Source: Ramazzottius varieornatus (taxonomy: Eukaryota > Animalia > Tardigrada). From it: a DNA stretch of 64,000 bases. Within the stretch, counting starts at the first letter, position 1, and every line of letters begins with the position of its first letter. The notes beneath the pieces were generated by a model. That model was not told the origin of the DNA, did no database searches, and worked only from the letters and a program-made list of their open reading frames with translations. Positions 59,783-64,000 of the stretch are shown piece after piece. The position numbers and the translations under genes are program-made. Location of the stretch: the NCBI GenBank assembly GCA_001949185.1, contig BDGG01000013.1:372001-436000 (forward strand), written 5' to 3'.

Positions 59783-62700
59783 GTGTCCCGTCGCTGGCCT
59801 CGCCATTGATCAGCAGGAAGATGTTGGTCTGTTTGCCATTTGAAGCGAAAGCTACTGCGCCAGATAAAGAGCCCTAAACTCTCACTAACACGAAAAGTTC
59901 CAGTCAGCAAAGAAGCCCATGTATAAAACTCACTGATACTGGACGGAACAACCTAAGCAAAGTGTCTACTACTGCGCCCCTTCGAGTTGTAAAGTGTATG
60001 AGGATGGTAGCCACAGGTACATTTCCCCGTGCATGGGGTCGGAACTTGCTGTTATTTGCGGTCAGTGGCGACGCCTGTGATCGAGCAAGTTTGCTATTCT
60101 GTGCCAACTCATCACCGCTCGTCAGATGGCACCAGTGACTATTTTCGCCCAGACTGCCGAAGACATGAAAAAGTTTGCAAACTGCCGGTTTAGTGAGCAG
60201 TGGCGGCATGGCGGCATGCTGGCTAGCTCACTTCGCGGCTTCCAAGCGGACGTAAAGCAGATAGTCGTTTGTGTTTCCCTGTGTGAAATTGGAATGCACT
60301 AGGCCGTTCTTCTGACTTCGACTCTGTAAGAAGTGAAAAGAAGGTCGAACTAGTTTTACAATCTGTCCGTAACTGCACGATATTAGTGATAAATGACCAG
60401 ATGCATTGCACACTTACGGCATTGCATAAACAAGTTGGCGATGGCAATGACATAATACTTCAATGAACCCCAAGTGTGGGCGATAAGACTGGATTGAGGA
60501 GATCATCAGGGAGCAGAGGTCTATTCGACGGCCAGTCAGTCGCGCATAAATCAAAACCGAAACAAGTAGAAATTGCCTTTGCCCAGTGAAGCTTCGAACT
60601 TTCTTTCGTTTCTACATTTCGCATCGGAAATTCAGAAACCGAAGCATCGAACAGTATTCATTTTGCAACAGGATCAGAAGATTTGCAGAACTAAGCTTGT
60701 GTCCACGCTCTGTACTCCGGAATAAAAATGGCTAGCCACTAGCGCTCGGCATACAGGACAGTTCGAATGAGTTACAGCTTGTTTGTGTACTGATGAAGTA
60801 CTCAGGATATCGATCAATCGTTAGTGGAAAGGGCGTGCGAATTACCCTCAATGGCCACTTTACGATTGTTGGCTCCTCAAAATTCGCTGGCTGATGACAC
60901 CAACGCTGGCAGCTACATCATCAATCAGTCAGAATTTGTATACCATATCGGCAAGTTTTGAAGTTGCATCGCAAATCGCGACGCTTCTGACTGTAGAAAT
61001 CATCGCCTTTAATCTGTCTAGTTAGCTAGCTCTTATCGTTGCAAAAACACATTTATCACGTACCATTCCATAACGGCGTTGTGCCCATATCGTCATGTTC
61101 TTCTTGCTTCGTCACCGCGTCCGTGGAAACAAAGTCCACTGAACCACGATTGAAAGTAGGCTATTCGGGAGTTCGAAAAACAAGCTGTGAAAGACTATTT
61201 TCCCCAGTGGCGTAAATTATCCATGTTGCTAGCTGGAACCATGCGCCACTGTGAAAACGATCTTGCCGATTTTGCCAGCACATATTCATTGTTATTATAC
61301 AATGCAGAAACGACCAGCCTACCCGTGAGGATGAGATCGCTCTTACCGTTGCTTGACGTCAGTAGTCATGTGACTACGGGTATAGGCTGATGACTTTTTC
61401 ACTGTATTATGACGAAGAGGTACTGTATCTCCGGCAGGAGGAAACTGTTTTTCTTCTTTTAAATTGGCTTCCCTGTCTTCACAGCAGTTTCCCTCTTACA
61501 AAAATAGTGAAACTCAGTTGCGATGACCCATGTACCGTTTGGCAAAAATGTGATCGAGACATCATACCGTAGGGATCTGAGCGAGCCCACCGCCGGTACC
61601 ACAACGGGTCGCTTGAGGTGCCCTGTTTTTGCCTGCGAGAAAAGCGTCGGCCGCTGAAAATGATGGGTGGGATTTAAGCGTAGACGGTGGGTAAAGAAAA
61701 AGCAGTCAATCATTAGCCAGTGGAGGTGTTTTCTCTCGCACGATGGACGACAGGTGAAGTGTGTCGGAATGGTGCAAAAAGCAGCTGAAGGTGGTGGTCG
61801 ATGAATGAGGGACAAGGCGGTAGGTCGTTGGCTGTTAGCCGCGGCTCCACACAGAGGCTGCATTGGCATGATGCAGGTGTCATGCTGCAGTGCTTGTGAG
61901 GTCGCCATCAGGGTCGTGCTTGACTACTTTTTCAGAGCCTTTCTTACACATAAGGGCCGTTTTTATGCAGGGAAAATTGTAGCCAAGTGGAGACTTGATG
62001 GACTGGCTGGACCACTCTAGCGTGTAATTACCCCGGCTGTGCATCTGTGACAAAAGTCAAGCAGCCTCACCAACAGAAGTAGCAATCATCAACACAAGAA
62101 GACTCCACCGCCATCAACGTCGCGCTGGTTCGCCCAGGCTGCTGTAGCGTGGAGGGAAGCTAAATTGAAGGCAAAGTGTCACAACGGTGCTCACTGTACT
62201 CGAAGGCGGTGTAGGAAAGCTGGAGCGGTTCCTTTGCCCACCGACTAACTTACCTGCTCGCTCTGTGTACCAATTAGATGTTTCTTGAGCTGTAATTATG
62301 ATAGGCCACATGATGATTCGACTTTCCTATGTTATTACTGCCGAGCTGTTTCGGTAACACGGACGCTTTATAGAAGAGTGAAATGAACTCTGAAGGGTAG
62401 CGTCTAGGGAAGACAGGTTAAAGTGGAGCTAGGCTCTGGATTTACAGCCAGCATTATACTGTACATAAAGATATGCTAGCGCGAAGTAGAATCGTAACTC
62501 ATATCAGGACCGGTGAAAGCCTGTTAGGCGTTTAAATGTTCTACTTTATGCTTCGTTCGAGAGCCGAGGCTACCACAAGTACAGAATTGCTTTCATCCAG
62601 AGTTTCAAGCGTCGGGTCCAGTGGGAGAAAATGGTGCGGCGAAAATTTCACACCTGCGATTGTTCGGATAGATACATGTATCCGAAAATGACTAAACTTT

Positions 62701-64000
62701 ACCAATATAATGCGCTATTGATATTTCGCCTGGATGATTTGATCATCGTTATTACTCCTCGACGGCCAAAGGTGGAGTATTGGGTCAGCGTCGAGCATTG
62801 CGATCCGAGCATACAAGCGGTGAGAGCCTTGTTGGAAAGACGAAGGTCAGTACTTGGCAAGGTTCTAGCTCGTTGTCTATCTCGACTGACGAGTTCCTGC
62901 AATTAGCCATGTGACAGACTCTCATTACGACTTGTTGATTAGTTGGTGAGATGGAGGAAAGTCTTGTCGAAGCAGGCCAATGAGGTCGCCGTCGCGCTAC
63001 CGCCATCAATCACTCGGTTTTTTCAGGCAGTGAACGACATCCAACGTCTCGCACCTCGTCATTGTAGGTCTCATAAGCTTCGCAAACCTTTCAAAGTACC
63101 ATTTTAATTTTCAACGTCTTTATCTGGGCTTCTTTCAACAGATGGCAAGAAGCCAACACGTCGGACACGAGCTACGACTTCCCGCGACCTATCATTATGG
63201 CCGTATGATTGCCGTTATTTCTGTAAAATAAGAAGACGTTAGGCTGCGTTCGGTGGATTGTAAGAAACGGTGGGCGTGAAAAAGCTCCCTAATGCCGGTG
63301 TGAACGTTCTCAGAACTTGATGTCCATCACAAGCTTTTTGCCAGTTCCGTTCTGCCATGCACCTCCGAGGTCGCCAAGTTTGCGCGGCTGTCATTGGCAA
63401 TAATGAAACGCTATTTGTTTTAGACAACTTACCCACGACGGACCTGACACCGTGTGTCACGGTACTGCCCAACCCCACCGATCGCCAGATTTCAAACGAT
63501 GAATGTCTTAAGCAGAGGAACGAAGCAATCTCACAGTAGAATACTCAGGAACCTGGGTCCACGTCGACGGCAACTAGTCATGTAACCCGGCTGTAATAAC
63601 CTCATTGTCGCAAACACCGCCAGTGTATCTGAATCACTCGCAACAAAATAAAGAAATGATCGGTAACCAGAAGCTTACAATCACAGGGAACTCACAGTGC
63701 GGAAGAGTGATAAGGTTTGCTGTCGAGTCGATCCCTGGGCTTGACCGAACCTGTCAAGTGACCGGAAATTAATACCGACCATCAGACCTGTCAAATCTTA
63801 CACCGGAATTCCGGTTCATCGAAACCAGTGACCGTCATAAACGGGACGGGTTATATGTGGAGAGGCCAAACAACGACTTCTTGCACTAGAAGGTTTTATG
63901 TTTGGATGTTAGTGAAACCCTCGTCTGTTCTTCGAAGATATTCTTGTATTCTGGTACAGCGAACAGTGAAGTATTTCCCGAATTGCTGTTCTTTTGGATT

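Noticed and set aside
61459-63540. Scattered short ORFs, including a weak RT-like ACFDKTF string
   Set aside because: No coherent exon chain or diagnostic motifs
1-64000. CRISPR arrays, rRNA/tRNA genes, prokaryotic operons
   Set aside because: The sequence is eukaryotic; no regularly spaced direct-repeat array or RNA gene seen, and the only tRNA match is the PBS

Overview
Eukaryotic (invertebrate metazoan, ecdysozoan-like; taxon not determinable) genomic DNA with short GT-AG introns and many MITEs. Host genes: RPTOR (-), head-to-head with YME1L1 (+), followed by SLC38A9 (+); MFSD6-like (-); TMEM200 (+); two orphan secreted genes; and a cathepsin B-like gene with an unusual tail (two hemopexin-like domains, a mucin stalk, two chitin-binding-like domains). 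The first 8.4 kb holds LTR-retroelement material. It has two near-identical 319-bp LTRs in inverted orientation (one with a tRNA-Phe PBS, one with a PPT), an aspartic protease fused in frame to a class III-like viral glycoprotein, and a divergently oriented, intron-containing antisense gene with two chromodomain-like modules. No RT is recognisable. A decayed pogo/Tigger transposase lies between the LTRs. The 15.8-22 kb interval is a tightly packed, decaying cluster of intronless orphan ORFs. All calls come from reading motifs by eye; no database searches were run.
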